Positions 21,985 to 31,940 of a DNA stretch of 56,451 nt are shown one piece after another. The number at the start of each line of letters is the position of its first letter. Within the stretch, counting starts at the first letter, position 1. The stretch comes from an uncultured Acidobacteriota bacterium (GTDB taxonomy: Bacteria; Acidobacteriota; Vicinamibacteria; Vicinamibacterales; UBA8438): NCBI GenBank assembly GCA_913043225.1, contig CAJWLU010000022.1, forward strand, positions 1 through 56,451. The letters are read 5' to 3'. A program made the position numbers and the translations under genes. Under the pieces are notes generated by a model. The model made no database searches, had not been told where the DNA came from, and worked only from the letters and a program-made list of their open reading frames with translations.

Positions 21985-22081
21985 ATATCCGTGCGCCACC
22001 GGCGGTGTCAAGCAATGCCCTGAGAACCGTTTTGCCGCGCCGGCTCGTTTGATTGACACTCTCGAGCCGAAGCACCAAAAT
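21985..22081. promoter_or_regulatory. Back-to-back divergent sigma70-like promoters
   Basis: Plus strand TTGACA(22053-22058)-N17-CAAAAT; minus strand TTGACA (22011-22006) followed by an AT-rich -10-like region. Confidence 0.5.
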
Positions 22082-22133
22082 AGTCCACGGGTTGCTCCAT
22101 AGACTACTTGCTTTACCTGGGACCGCTCGACAA

Positions 22134-24497
22134 ATGACGGACGTCCGCTTCGTCGCCGGCGTGCTCTGTGTGTCGCTGGCCCTGGCCGCGCCGCTCGGCG
22201 CACAGCCGAGCGGGCGTGAGACGCAGGCGGCGCTAGTCGACAGGTACTGCCTGAGCTGCCACAACGACCAGCTCGAAACGGGCGGCCTGTCGCTCGAGGG
22301 CCTCCTGCTCAGCGACGTCCCCGACCACGCCGAGACCTGGGAAAGGGTGATCCGAAAACTCAGGGCGGGAGCAATGCCGCCGCAGCCTCGACCGAGGCCA
22401 GAGCCAGAGGCGTACGACGGCCTGCGTCTGTGGCTCGAAGCCGAGCTCGACCATGCCGCGAGCGCCTCCCTCAAGCCGGGACGCACTGAGGCGCTTCATC
22501 GACTGAGCCGCACAGAGTATCAATACGTCATCCGCGATCTGCTCGGGCTGGATGTGAACGTCAGTGACCTGCTCCCTGCCGACGACACCAGCTACGGCTT
22601 CGACAACATCGCTGGCGTACTGGGGATCTCGCCCACCTCGATGGAGCGCTACCTCGCGGCCGCCCGGAAGATCAGCCGTCTAGCGATCGGTTCGCCCGTC
22701 CCGTCGGCGACCGCCGAGACCTTCCGCATCCCGTCCGACCTGGATCAGGACCGGCACATCGCTGGACTCCCGTTCGGCACGCGTGGCGGCACGTTCATCG
22801 ACTACAACTTCCCAGAGGACGCCGAATACGCCATCTCGGTGTTACCCGACGGTCCACTGTATATCGAGGAGCATCAGCTCGAAGTGACCCTGGATGGGGA
22901 ACGCGTCGAGCTGTTCAGTGTCGGCCGACGGCTGGAGCCGGGACAGCGCCCGCGCGAGTACTCGACCGAGGCCGACCCACGAGAAGTCCGGGTTCGGGTA
23001 GCGGCCGGTCCCCACCGCCTCGGCGTCGCGTTCCTGGCCAAGAGCGCAGCGGCGCCGGAACGGAGCCGCAAGCTGTACCTGCGCCCCTTCACCGGAGAAG
23101 GATCGGGTGGCGACTCCCGCTACCAGCCATATGTTGAGGCCGTGACCATCGCCGGTCCCTTCGAGTCGCGCGGCACCAGGCCGGCCGTGGATACGCCGAG
23201 CCGCGCTCGCATCTTCTCCTGCGCTCCGACCGCCAACGACGCCGTCGCGACCCGTGGCTGCGCCCACGAGATTCTGACCACCCTGGCTCGACGCGCGTTC
23301 CGGCGCCCAGTGGACGGCACCGACGTCGATCAACTTCTGACGTTCTACGACCAGGGTGCCGAGTCAGCTGGTTTCGATGGAGGCATCGACCTGGCCCTGC
23401 GACGCCTTCTCGTAAGCCCCGAGTTCCTGTTCAGAATTGAACAGGATCCGGAGGGGCTGGCGGCGAATACCCCGTACGAGATCTCGGACCTGGAGCTCGC
23501 CTCGCGGCTGTCTTTCTTCCTGTGGAGCAGTATTCCAGACGACGAACTCCTCGACCTCGCCATCGAGCGGCGGCTGCACGAGCCCGCGGTGCTCGAGGCT
23601 CAAACGCGGCGAATGCTGTCGGACCCGCGCGCCGAGGCGTTGGTCACCAATTTTGCCGGTCAGTGGCTGAGCCTCAGGAACGCCGCGGCGGTCCGCCCAG
23701 ACGAGGACGAATTTCCAGATTTTGGCGAAGACCTGCGCCACGGGTTCCGCCGCGAGACCGAGCTACTCTTCCAACACGTGCTCCGAGAGGAGCTCAGTGT
23801 GGTCGAGCTTCTGAGCGCTGACTACACGTTCCTGAACGAGCGCCTCGCCACCCACTACGGCATCCCCGGGGTCCGAGGCAGCGAGTTCCGTCGTGTCGCA
23901 CTGGACGATCCCGCGCGTGGTGGCCTCCTCGGCCATGGCAGCATCCTGACGGTCACCTCGCACGCCAACCGAACGTCTCCCGTCGTGCGAGGCAAGTGGG
24001 TACTCGAGAACATCCTGGGCAACCCGCCGCCACCCCCACCCCCCGACGTGCCGGCGCTCGAAGAAACGACCAGCGGCCAACAGCTCACGATGCGAGAGGC
24101 CATGGTGCAACACCGCGCCAACCCGGTCTGCGCAAGTTGCCACCGGGTGATGGACCCGATGGGACTCGCGCTTGAGCCATTCGACGCCGTTGGTCGCTGG
24201 CGCACCCCGAACGAGACCAAGGAGCCAATAGACACACGCGGCGAGCTGCCGGACGGTACGGTCTTTGACGGTCCAGCTGGTCTGAAAACCGCGCTCCTCG
24301 ATCACCCGGAGCGGTTCGTCAACACCGTGACCGAAAAGCTACTGATCTACGCCATTGGACGTGGCGTGGAGTACTACGACGCCACGGCGGTGAGAGCTAT
24401 TACCCGGGAAGCCGCCCGCGACGACTATCGATTGACCTCTCTCATCATGGGTGTAGTCAAGAGCGTTCCGTTCCGCATGAGGAGCACCTCGTCATGA
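22134..24497 (+). CDS. DUF1592-family cytochrome c-like protein, copy 2
   Basis: CLSCH and CASCH, RLSRTEY, LASRLSFFLWSS, RTSPVVRGKWV; ATG at 22134 gives a signal peptide. Confidence 0.87.
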   Translation: MTDVRFVAGVLCVSLALAAPLGAQPSGRETQAALVDRYCLSCHNDQLETGGLSLEGLLLSDVPDHAETWERVIRKLRAGAMPPQPRPRPEPEAYDGLRLWLEAELDHAASASLKPGRTEALHRLSRTEYQYVIRDLLGLDVNVSDLLPADDTSYGFDNIAGVLGISPTSMERYLAAARKISRLAIGSPVPSATAETFRIPSDLDQDRHIAGLPFGTRGGTFIDYNFPEDAEYAISVLPDGPLYIEEHQLEVTLDGERVELFSVGRRLEPGQRPREYSTEADPREVRVRVAAGPHRLGVAFLAKSAAAPERSRKLYLRPFTGEGSGGDSRYQPYVEAVTIAGPFESRGTRPAVDTPSRARIFSCAPTANDAVATRGCAHEILTTLARRAFRRPVDGTDVDQLLTFYDQGAESAGFDGGIDLALRRLLVSPEFLFRIEQDPEGLAANTPYEISDLELASRLSFFLWSSIPDDELLDLAIERRLHEPAVLEAQTRRMLSDPRAEALVTNFAGQWLSLRNAAAVRPDEDEFPDFGEDLRHGFRRETELLFQHVLREELSVVELLSADYTFLNERLATHYGIPGVRGSEFRRVALDDPARGGLLGHGSILTVTSHANRTSPVVRGKWVLENILGNPPPPPPPDVPALEETTSGQQLTMREAMVQHRANPVCASCHRVMDPMGLALEPFDAVGRWRTPNETKEPIDTRGELPDGTVFDGPAGLKTALLDHPERFVNTVTEKLLIYAIGRGVEYYDATAVRAITREAARDDYRLTSLIMGVVKSVPFRMRSTSS

Positions 24498-25849
24498 TCA
24501 TCACCAAAATGTCACTGCCTCGTCGCACGTTCCTCCGTGGCCTCGGCGCCACACTGGCGCTCCCGCTCCTCGACGCGATGGTGCCGGCTGGCTCAGCGCT
24601 CGCCAAGACCCCGGCACGGTCCACCAAGCGGCTGGGCTTCATCTACATCCCGAACGGCGCGAACATGTCTCAGTGGACGCCGGCAGCCGAGGGGGGCCTG
24701 GAGTTATCTCCCATCTTGAGCCCACTTGCGCCGGTACAGGATCAGATCGTGATACCGACCGGCCTCGCCCATCGGCAAGCTGAGGCCTGGGGTGACGGCA
24801 ACGGCGAGCACTCCCGCGCAAGCGGGGTCTGGCTGAACGGCGTCCATCCGAAGCGGACTGAGGGCTCCGACGTGCAGGCCGGCACCACCGCCGACCAGAT
24901 CGCGGCGGCAAAGCTCGGGCAGGAGACGCCGCTGCCTTCTCTCGAGATTTCGCTCGAGAACAGTTTTGTTGTTGGTAACTGCGACAACGGCTACAGCTGT
25001 GTCTATACCAACACGATCGCCTGGCGCACGCCGACCACCCCGCTTCCGATGGAACACAACCCGCGCGTAGTATTCGAGCGCCTGTTCGGCGAGGGTGGTA
25101 CCACCGAACAGCGAGTGGCGCGCCTCCAGGAAGATCGCAGCATCCTCGACGCCGTGCGCGACGACATGACCCGTCTCGAGCGGAAGCTCGGGGCCGGCGA
25201 CCGCGCTCGCGTGAGCCAGTATCTGGACGCCGTACGGGAGATCGAGCGCCGCATACAGCGCGTCGAGTCACAGGCCGACGAAGCAACCTTGCCGGAGAAT
25301 CTGGCCAGGCCCGTGGGCATCCCGGAGTCATTCACCGAGCACGCCCAACTCATGTTCGAGTTGCAGGCGCTGGCGTTCCAGGCCGACATCACACGGGTGT
25401 TCACCTATCTGATCGGCCGAGAGCAAACCGCGCAGAGCTATCCGGAAGTTGGAGTCCCCGACGCCCACCACACCGTGTCGCACCACCAGATGGACCCAGC
25501 CAAGCTCGAGCAATACGCCAAGATCAACACCTACCACGTGGACCTGCTTGCCGGCTTCCTGAAACGGCTAGCCGACACCCCGGACGGTGACGGCACGTTG
25601 CTCGACCAGTCGCTGATTCTCTATGGCGGCGGCATAAGCGATGGCGACCAGCACTCGCACATCGACCTACCGCTGATCCTTGCCGGCGGCGGAGGCGGTC
25701 AGGTGCACGGCAATCGTCACCTCCGCTATCCGACCGACACGCCGATGGCGAACCTGTTACTGACGATGCTGGACAAGGCGGGGGTGGTGTACCCGGAACA
25801 GTTCGGTGACAGCACCGGTGTCCTGAACCTCGAGCCACTGAGCGTCTAG
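24494..25849 (+). CDS. DUF1552 protein with Tat signal, copy 2
   Basis: LPRRTFLRG, CDNGYSCVY, HHTVSHH, FGDSTG; ATGA overlap. Confidence 0.88.
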   Translation: MIITKMSLPRRTFLRGLGATLALPLLDAMVPAGSALAKTPARSTKRLGFIYIPNGANMSQWTPAAEGGLELSPILSPLAPVQDQIVIPTGLAHRQAEAWGDGNGEHSRASGVWLNGVHPKRTEGSDVQAGTTADQIAAAKLGQETPLPSLEISLENSFVVGNCDNGYSCVYTNTIAWRTPTTPLPMEHNPRVVFERLFGEGGTTEQRVARLQEDRSILDAVRDDMTRLERKLGAGDRARVSQYLDAVREIERRIQRVESQADEATLPENLARPVGIPESFTEHAQLMFELQALAFQADITRVFTYLIGREQTAQSYPEVGVPDAHHTVSHHQMDPAKLEQYAKINTYHVDLLAGFLKRLADTPDGDGTLLDQSLILYGGGISDGDQHSHIDLPLILAGGGGGQVHGNRHLRYPTDTPMANLLLTMLDKAGVVYPEQFGDSTGVLNLEPLSV

Positions 25850-25851
25850 AC

Positions 25852-27330
25852 ATGGGCTCGACCAACCGAGCGAGAGGGACCGCGTTGGCGGGCCTCGTCC
25901 TGGCGTATTCCGCGACGGCGGCGACTCAGTCGGCGACCTCTCCCCTGCTCGATGCGGCTAAGACCGGCGACACCGAGCGCGTGGTGGCACTCGTCGGACT
26001 GAACGCAGACGTAACCGCCACCGACCCTGACGGAACAACCGCGCTGCACTGGGCCGCCTATCGTAGCGACGGCGTCGCGCTCGAGGCGCTCCTCGGCGCC
26101 GGCGCCGACGCGACCGCCACCACACGACTCGGAGTCACGCCACTCGGACTCGGGGCGACACTCGGACATCCGGATATCTTGCGCCTCCTTCTCGAAGCCG
26201 GCGCCGACCCCAATCAGACGACAGGCGAGGGCGAGACCCCGTTGATGACGGTGGCCCGAGCCGGCAACGCCGCTGGCATCGAGGTGCTGCTGGCCCATGG
26301 CGCCGATATTGACTCCGTCGAGGGATGGCGGGCGCAGACCTCACTGATGTGGGCGGCGGCGGCAGATCAGGGCACGGCGGCTAGGGCTCTGATACGAGGC
26401 GGCGCGAACCTGCACTCCACCTCGTCAGGCGGGTATACCCCGCTACTCTTTGCTTCGCGCGAGGGGAATCTCGATGCGCTCACCGCGTTGATCGAAGCCG
26501 GCGCGAACCCTGACGACGCCTTGCCGAACGGCACGAGCGCACTAGGACTGGCCGTCTACAACGCTGAGTATGAGGCGGCCGAGCTTCTGCTCGAAGCGGG
26601 TGCGAATGCGAACGCCGACGGCCAGGGCTGGGTTCCGCTGCATCAGGTGGTCTGGACGCGCCGACCGAACCTCGGACGCAATCCCCCCTTCCCGGTGCCG
26701 CTGGGCCGACTTGACGGACTGGACATGGCGCGACTGCTCGTCGAACACGGCGCCGACCCGAATCATCGACAGGTCAAAGAACCGCGGGACGGCAACCGCA
26801 ACATGCTGGACCGCGCGGGGGCCACGGCGTTCCTGCTCGCAGCCAAGGCGGTCGACGTGGAGATGATGCGTCTGCTGGCCGAACTCGGTGCGGACGCGAC
26901 TCTGACCACCCACAACGGAGCCACGCCGATGATGGCGGCCGCCGGCGTCGGCATATGGAAAATCGGCGAGAACCCGGGCACCAACGACGAGGCGCTCGCC
27001 GCGGTCGAGCTAGCCTGGGAGCTCGGCAACGACGTCAATGCGGTGGATGGCAACGGAGACACCGCGCTCCACGGCGCGATTCATCGAGGCGCGGAGGGCG
27101 TCGTCCGCTTCCTGCACGACAAGGGCGCCAAGCTAGACGCGGTGAACGAGACCGGCTGGACACCGCTTTCAATAGCCGAAGGGGTCTTCTATCCCAACAC
27201 CTTCAACCGGCACCCCGATCTGGTCACGCTCCTCGAAAGCCTCGGCGCGGACCCGGCCGCTGGGAGCAGACGCCCCATGGACCTCGCGCCGTGGGAACGT
27301 GAAGCCCTGAACGCCAACGCGCCCGACTGA
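25852..27330 (+). CDS. Exported ankyrin-repeat protein, copy 2
   Basis: Signal peptide, DGTTALHWAA, GETPLMT, GYTPLLFA, GDTALHGA repeats. Confidence 0.88.
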   Translation: MGSTNRARGTALAGLVLAYSATAATQSATSPLLDAAKTGDTERVVALVGLNADVTATDPDGTTALHWAAYRSDGVALEALLGAGADATATTRLGVTPLGLGATLGHPDILRLLLEAGADPNQTTGEGETPLMTVARAGNAAGIEVLLAHGADIDSVEGWRAQTSLMWAAAADQGTAARALIRGGANLHSTSSGGYTPLLFASREGNLDALTALIEAGANPDDALPNGTSALGLAVYNAEYEAAELLLEAGANANADGQGWVPLHQVVWTRRPNLGRNPPFPVPLGRLDGLDMARLLVEHGADPNHRQVKEPRDGNRNMLDRAGATAFLLAAKAVDVEMMRLLAELGADATLTTHNGATPMMAAAGVGIWKIGENPGTNDEALAAVELAWELGNDVNAVDGNGDTALHGAIHRGAEGVVRFLHDKGAKLDAVNETGWTPLSIAEGVFYPNTFNRHPDLVTLLESLGADPAAGSRRPMDLAPWEREALNANAPD

Positions 27331-27409
27331 AGTCCCGGACCAACCATCCGGCCGGCGCCGCCGGCCCTTCGAGCCGCACGCCCAATACCGACTGCGTGAA
27401 CAAACGATA

Positions 27410-29482
27410 ATGACCGAGCAACATAACTTTACCGCCGAGGTCCAGGAACTCCTGAACCTCATGGTGCACTCGCTCTATTCGCAGAAGGACATCTTTCTGC
27501 GGGAGCTCATCTCGAACAGCAGCGATGCGCTGGACCGTCTCAGGGTGGAAGGACACTCCGATCCCGCCCTGCTGCCCGAAGGCGAGCTAGAGATTCGTCT
27601 CGAGGTCGACCCAGAGGCCCGCACGCTGTCCATCTCGGACAACGGCATCGGCATGAGCCGGGACGAGGTGATCGAGAACATCGGCACCATCGCACGATCG
27701 GGTAGCCGGGAGTTTCTGAGCTCCTTGCGTCAAAAACAGGCTGCCGAGCAGGATGCCGCCACCGCCGACCTGATCGGACAATTCGGGGTCGGCTTCTATT
27801 CCACCTTCATGGTCGCCAACCGGGTGAGTCTGGTGACCAGACGAGCGGGCACCGACTCGGCACTCCGCTGGGAATCGGCCGGGGACGGCGCCTATACGCT
27901 CGACACCGCCGAACGCGTCTGGGCAGGCACAACGGTGATGCTCCACCTGAAACCGGCCGACGAAGAAGACGGGCTCCGGGACTACACCGACCAGTTCGTG
28001 CTCCGCGACATCGTCAAGAAACACTCGGACTTCGTCGCCCACCCGATCCGGATGAAGGTCGAGCGCGAGGAACCCGTGCTCGACAACACCGGCACTCCGG
28101 TCGAAGGGGTTCTGCCGAAGAAGATCGTCGAGGACGAGACACTCAACTCGATGAAAGCAATATGGACCCGCTCGAAAAGCGAGGTCTCGGAGGAGGAATA
28201 TCACGAATTCTACCGGCTCGTGTCGCACGACTGGCAGGACCCGGTCGCCACGATCCCCGCGGCCATGGAGGGGACCTTCAACGCCAGGATCCTGCTCTAC
28301 ATCCCTTCGAAAGCACCGTTCGACCTCTATCACCGGGAGCGTGTCACCAAGGGTGTCCAACTGTATGTGAAGCGGGTTCACATCATGGACGACTGGAAGG
28401 CCCTCCTCCCGGAATGGTTGCGGTTTCTGAAGGGGGTGATCGACTGCGAAGACCTGTCGCTCAACGTCTCCCGCGAGATCCTGCAGCATGACCGGCAAGT
28501 GAAGGCGATCCGGAGCTTCGCCGTCAGGAAGGCGTTGGAAGCGATTGACCGGCTGAAGAAAGACCAACCCGAAAAGATGCGGACCCTCTGGCAGGAATTC
28601 GGGGCCGTGCTCAAGGAAGGATTGGCAGCCGCCGAAGACGACTCTCGAGACCGACTGCTCGGCGTGACACTTGCTGCGTCCACTGTTGGAGATGAGCTGA
28701 CTTCGCTCGACGACTATCTCGCCCGCATGAAGCCGGACCAGAAGGCGATCTACTTCCTCGTGGGAAGCTCAACCGATGCGATCCGCCAGTCGCCCTTGCT
28801 GGAGTCCTTCGCCAGGCGAAAGCTTGAAGTTCTGCTGTTTACCGACCCGGTCGACGAGTTCTGGCTAGAACGAGAGCTGAGCTATAAAGACAAGAAGCTG
28901 GTGTCGATCAGCAAGGGCGAGCTAGACCTCGGTGAATTGCCCGAGGAGCACGATGGGGACGCGCCCACTCCGCCTCCAGCGCTCGACGGTCTGCTGCAGG
29001 CCTTGCGCACATACCTACAGGATGAGGTAAAGGACGTCCGCGTGTCCAGTCGTCTGACCGACAGTCCTGTCTGCCTGATCGGTGATGCCAACGATCTTAG
29101 CCCGCAGCTCGAGCAGATGATGCGCCAGCTCGGACAGGATCCGCCGAAGACCAAGCGTATTCTCGAGGTTAACCCGACGCATCCTTTCATCCGGCGACTC
29201 TCGGAGCTCGAAGCTGGCGACACGCCGGCGTCAACGCTGGAAACCTACGCTCGGCTCCTATTTGGCCAGGCGATTCTCGCCGAGGGCGGCACGCTGCCCG
29301 ACCCAGGTGCCTACAGCCGGGTGCTCGTGGACATCGCCCACCTGGCGGTGGGAGTAGCCCCGTCGGAACCCGACCCGGCTTCTACCGGCAGCGACGCCTC
29401 AACAGCCGACCACACTGACGCTAACTCCAGCGACACTTCTACAACCGACTCCCCTCCGGCGGCAAAGCCGTCAGAAGCATGA
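27410..29482 (+). CDS. htpG: Molecular chaperone HtpG (Hsp90)
   Basis: IFLRELISNSSDALD, DNGIGM, NIGTIARSG, IGQFGVGFYS, LNVSREILQ, LEVNPTHP. Confidence 0.97.
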   Translation: MTEQHNFTAEVQELLNLMVHSLYSQKDIFLRELISNSSDALDRLRVEGHSDPALLPEGELEIRLEVDPEARTLSISDNGIGMSRDEVIENIGTIARSGSREFLSSLRQKQAAEQDAATADLIGQFGVGFYSTFMVANRVSLVTRRAGTDSALRWESAGDGAYTLDTAERVWAGTTVMLHLKPADEEDGLRDYTDQFVLRDIVKKHSDFVAHPIRMKVEREEPVLDNTGTPVEGVLPKKIVEDETLNSMKAIWTRSKSEVSEEEYHEFYRLVSHDWQDPVATIPAAMEGTFNARILLYIPSKAPFDLYHRERVTKGVQLYVKRVHIMDDWKALLPEWLRFLKGVIDCEDLSLNVSREILQHDRQVKAIRSFAVRKALEAIDRLKKDQPEKMRTLWQEFGAVLKEGLAAAEDDSRDRLLGVTLAASTVGDELTSLDDYLARMKPDQKAIYFLVGSSTDAIRQSPLLESFARRKLEVLLFTDPVDEFWLERELSYKDKKLVSISKGELDLGELPEEHDGDAPTPPPALDGLLQALRTYLQDEVKDVRVSSRLTDSPVCLIGDANDLSPQLEQMMRQLGQDPPKTKRILEVNPTHPFIRRLSELEAGDTPASTLETYARLLFGQAILAEGGTLPDPGAYSRVLVDIAHLAVGVAPSEPDPASTGSDASTADHTDANSSDTSTTDSPPAAKPSEA

Positions 29483-29492
29483 GGAGCTATCG

Positions 29493-30551
29493 ATGCGACG
29501 ACCACTCTCCTGCTTGGCCCTTCTCCTCCTCGTTAACGCTTGCGGAGGCGCAGAGGCGCCGTCTGATCCGGCACCAGAGGCCGATGCTCCGCCCCCTGCC
29601 TTCCACGCGTATGTGACGAACGAGACATCCGGTGACCTGACCGTCATCGCCGCCGGCACGCACGAGGTCGTGGCCACCATCCCACTCGGCAAGCGACCGC
29701 GCGGGATCAAGGTCAGCCCAGATAACGCACGGCTCTTCGTAGCGCTCAGCGGTTCTCCCCCGGCCCCACCCGGAACCGACGAGGACAGTCTGCCGCCGCC
29801 AGACCGCTCGGCTGACGGGATCGGTATCGTGGACATCGCCGAAGGGCGAATCATCAACGTACTGCAGGCCGGCACCGACCCAGAGCAAGTTGCGATCAGC
29901 GCCGACGGCACTCTCGTCTTCGTGGCGAACGAAGACGCCGCGCTGGCCAGCATCGTCGAGATCGCGACCGGTGAGATTCTCGCGGAGTTGCCGGTAGGCG
30001 GCGAACCGGAAGGGGTGACGCGGAGTCCGAACGGCGCCTGGGTCTATATCACCTCCGAGGAGGAGAACCGCGTCTCGGTGATCGATACCGAGGCACTCGA
30101 GGTGATCGCCGCCTTCGACGTCGGTGCCCGGCCCCGCTCGTCGAGCTTCTCCCCCGACAGTACTCGCGCCTATGTCACGGCAGAGAACGGTGGAACGGTG
30201 TCGGTCGTCGACACGGCTGATCACACGGTCATCGAGACCATCGAGCTGACCGGCGAACTGATCCGACCGATGGAAGTACGTGTCTCTCCAGACGGAAGCC
30301 GGCTGTACGTCTCGACCGGACGTGGTCGACTCATCATGGCCATCGACACCGCGACCTACGAAGTGGTGGCGTCGGTCGAGGTCGGCGAACGGCCATGGGG
30401 AATCGATCTGACTAAAGACGGTCGCTATCTCTATACCGCTAACGGTCCATCGAACGACGTCTCGGTAGTCGACACAGAAACCATGACCGTCGTGGCGACC
30501 GTTCCGGTCGGCGAGCGCCCCTGGGGCGTAGCCATCGTCCCGACCAACTGA
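29493..30551 (+). CDS. YVTN-type beta-propeller lipoprotein resembling PQQ-catabolism-associated propellers
   Basis: Lipobox LVNAC, AYVTNE, VANED, VGGEPEGV, VGERPWG repeats. Confidence 0.8.
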   Translation: MRRPLSCLALLLLVNACGGAEAPSDPAPEADAPPPAFHAYVTNETSGDLTVIAAGTHEVVATIPLGKRPRGIKVSPDNARLFVALSGSPPAPPGTDEDSLPPPDRSADGIGIVDIAEGRIINVLQAGTDPEQVAISADGTLVFVANEDAALASIVEIATGEILAELPVGGEPEGVTRSPNGAWVYITSEEENRVSVIDTEALEVIAAFDVGARPRSSSFSPDSTRAYVTAENGGTVSVVDTADHTVIETIELTGELIRPMEVRVSPDGSRLYVSTGRGRLIMAIDTATYEVVASVEVGERPWGIDLTKDGRYLYTANGPSNDVSVVDTETMTVVATVPVGERPWGVAIVPTN

Positions 30552-30556
30552 CCTGG

Positions 30557-31468
30557 ATGGAGCCCATCATGCGCGACCTGAAACGCACGACCGTCCTGTC
30601 GCTGGTCCTACTCACCGGTGCCGTCCTAGCCGTGACCGCCTGGCAACGCCAGCGGCCAGACTTCACCCCTGAGCAGGAAGCGCGCCTGCAAATCAGGCAG
30701 GTAATGGACGGGCTGTATGTAATTCCCGGATTCGATGGTGGTCAGTCGGGTGGCAACGTGGCGGTGCGGGTCACCGGCGATGGGGTGATCATCGTCGACA
30801 ACAAGTTCCCCTACAGCTTCGATTTCATCACCGAGCAGGTGGCGAGCGTCACTGACGAGCCGATCAAGTACATCCTCAACACCCACCATCACGGTGACCA
30901 CGCCGGCAGCAACGCCGACTTTCTCCCTAACGCCGAGGTCATCGCGCACAAGAACGTCCGGGCCAACATCCTCCGTAATAACCAGACGGGTGCACCACGG
31001 GTCGTGTTCGCGGACGAAACCGCCGTCTATCTCGGTGACGCTGAGGTGCACGCCTATCACTTCGGCCGTGGGCATACGAACGGCGATGCCGTGATCTACT
31101 TCGCCGATCTACGGGCGATCCACACCGGTGACCTGTTCATTCACGGGCAGCGACTCGACGGGAGCACCCTGGCCCCCTTCTGGGACGTCCGCAACGGCGG
31201 CAGCGCGGTGGAATGGCCAGCCACGCTCACCGGAGTTTTGGCGCTCGACTTCAACACCGCGATCCCTGGACACGGCGAGACGCTGACCAAAAACGACGTT
31301 AGGACGTTTCGCGACAACGTGGAGAAGGTGCTCGACAGGACCAAGGCGGCAATCGACAATGGGGCCACCCGCGACACGATCGCCGATCAGGTGGAGACCG
31401 GCGATCTCGGCTGGCCACTGGCACCGGTGCGACTGCAAGACGTGTACGACGAGTTGACGGCCAACTGA
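30557..31468 (+). CDS. Exported MBL-fold metallo-hydrolase
   Basis: NTHHHGDHAGSN, GHTNGD, HTGD, IPGHG motifs; N-terminal signal. Confidence 0.88.
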   Translation: MEPIMRDLKRTTVLSLVLLTGAVLAVTAWQRQRPDFTPEQEARLQIRQVMDGLYVIPGFDGGQSGGNVAVRVTGDGVIIVDNKFPYSFDFITEQVASVTDEPIKYILNTHHHGDHAGSNADFLPNAEVIAHKNVRANILRNNQTGAPRVVFADETAVYLGDAEVHAYHFGRGHTNGDAVIYFADLRAIHTGDLFIHGQRLDGSTLAPFWDVRNGGSAVEWPATLTGVLALDFNTAIPGHGETLTKNDVRTFRDNVEKVLDRTKAAIDNGATRDTIADQVETGDLGWPLAPVRLQDVYDELTAN

Positions 31469-31508
31469 CACTCTGCTGGCTACTGACGAACGGGACAGTT
31501 TGGCAAGA

Positions 31509-31940
31509 CTACTCGGAATCGATCTTCTCGATACGGCGGGCGTGTCGTCCGCCGTCGAACGGCACCTCGAGCCACGCCTCCACGATGGCGCGGGCGGTCT
31601 CCTCGGTCATCATTCGCTGGCCAAGTGACACCATGTTGGCGTCATTGTGACCTCGACCCAGGCGGGCGGATTCGACATTCCAGCAGAGCGCGCATCGGAC
31701 GCCGGTGACTCGGTTGGCCACCATCGCCTCGCCGTTGCCGGATCCGCCCAAAACGATGCCGCGTTCGCAATCGCCCCGCGCCACAGCCTCGGCCGCCGGC
31801 CGGATGTAGTCCGGGTAGTCGACCGACTCGCTACTGTCCGTTCCATAGTCGACCACCTCGTATCCAGCGGTACGGAGCCACGTGGTCAGCATCGTCTTAT
31901 AGTCGAAACCGGCATGGTCCGAGGCGATCGCAATTTTCAT
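31509..31940 (-). CDS. rpiB: Ribose-5-phosphate isomerase B
   Basis: MKIAIASDHAG, DYPD, GSGNGE.M.AN, HNDAN, FDGGRHARR; start ATG overlaps the upstream stop (ATGA). Confidence 0.95.
   Translation of the reverse strand: MKIAIASDHAGFDYKTMLTTWLRTAGYEVVDYGTDSSESVDYPDYIRPAAEAVARGDCERGIVLGGSGNGEAMVANRVTGVRCALCWNVESARLGRGHNDANMVSLGQRMMTEETARAIVEAWLEVPFDGGRHARRIEKIDSE

Noticed and set aside
27331..27409. CIRCE heat-shock operator before htpG
   Set aside because: No TTAGCACTC-N9-GAGTGCTAA-like inverted repeat present
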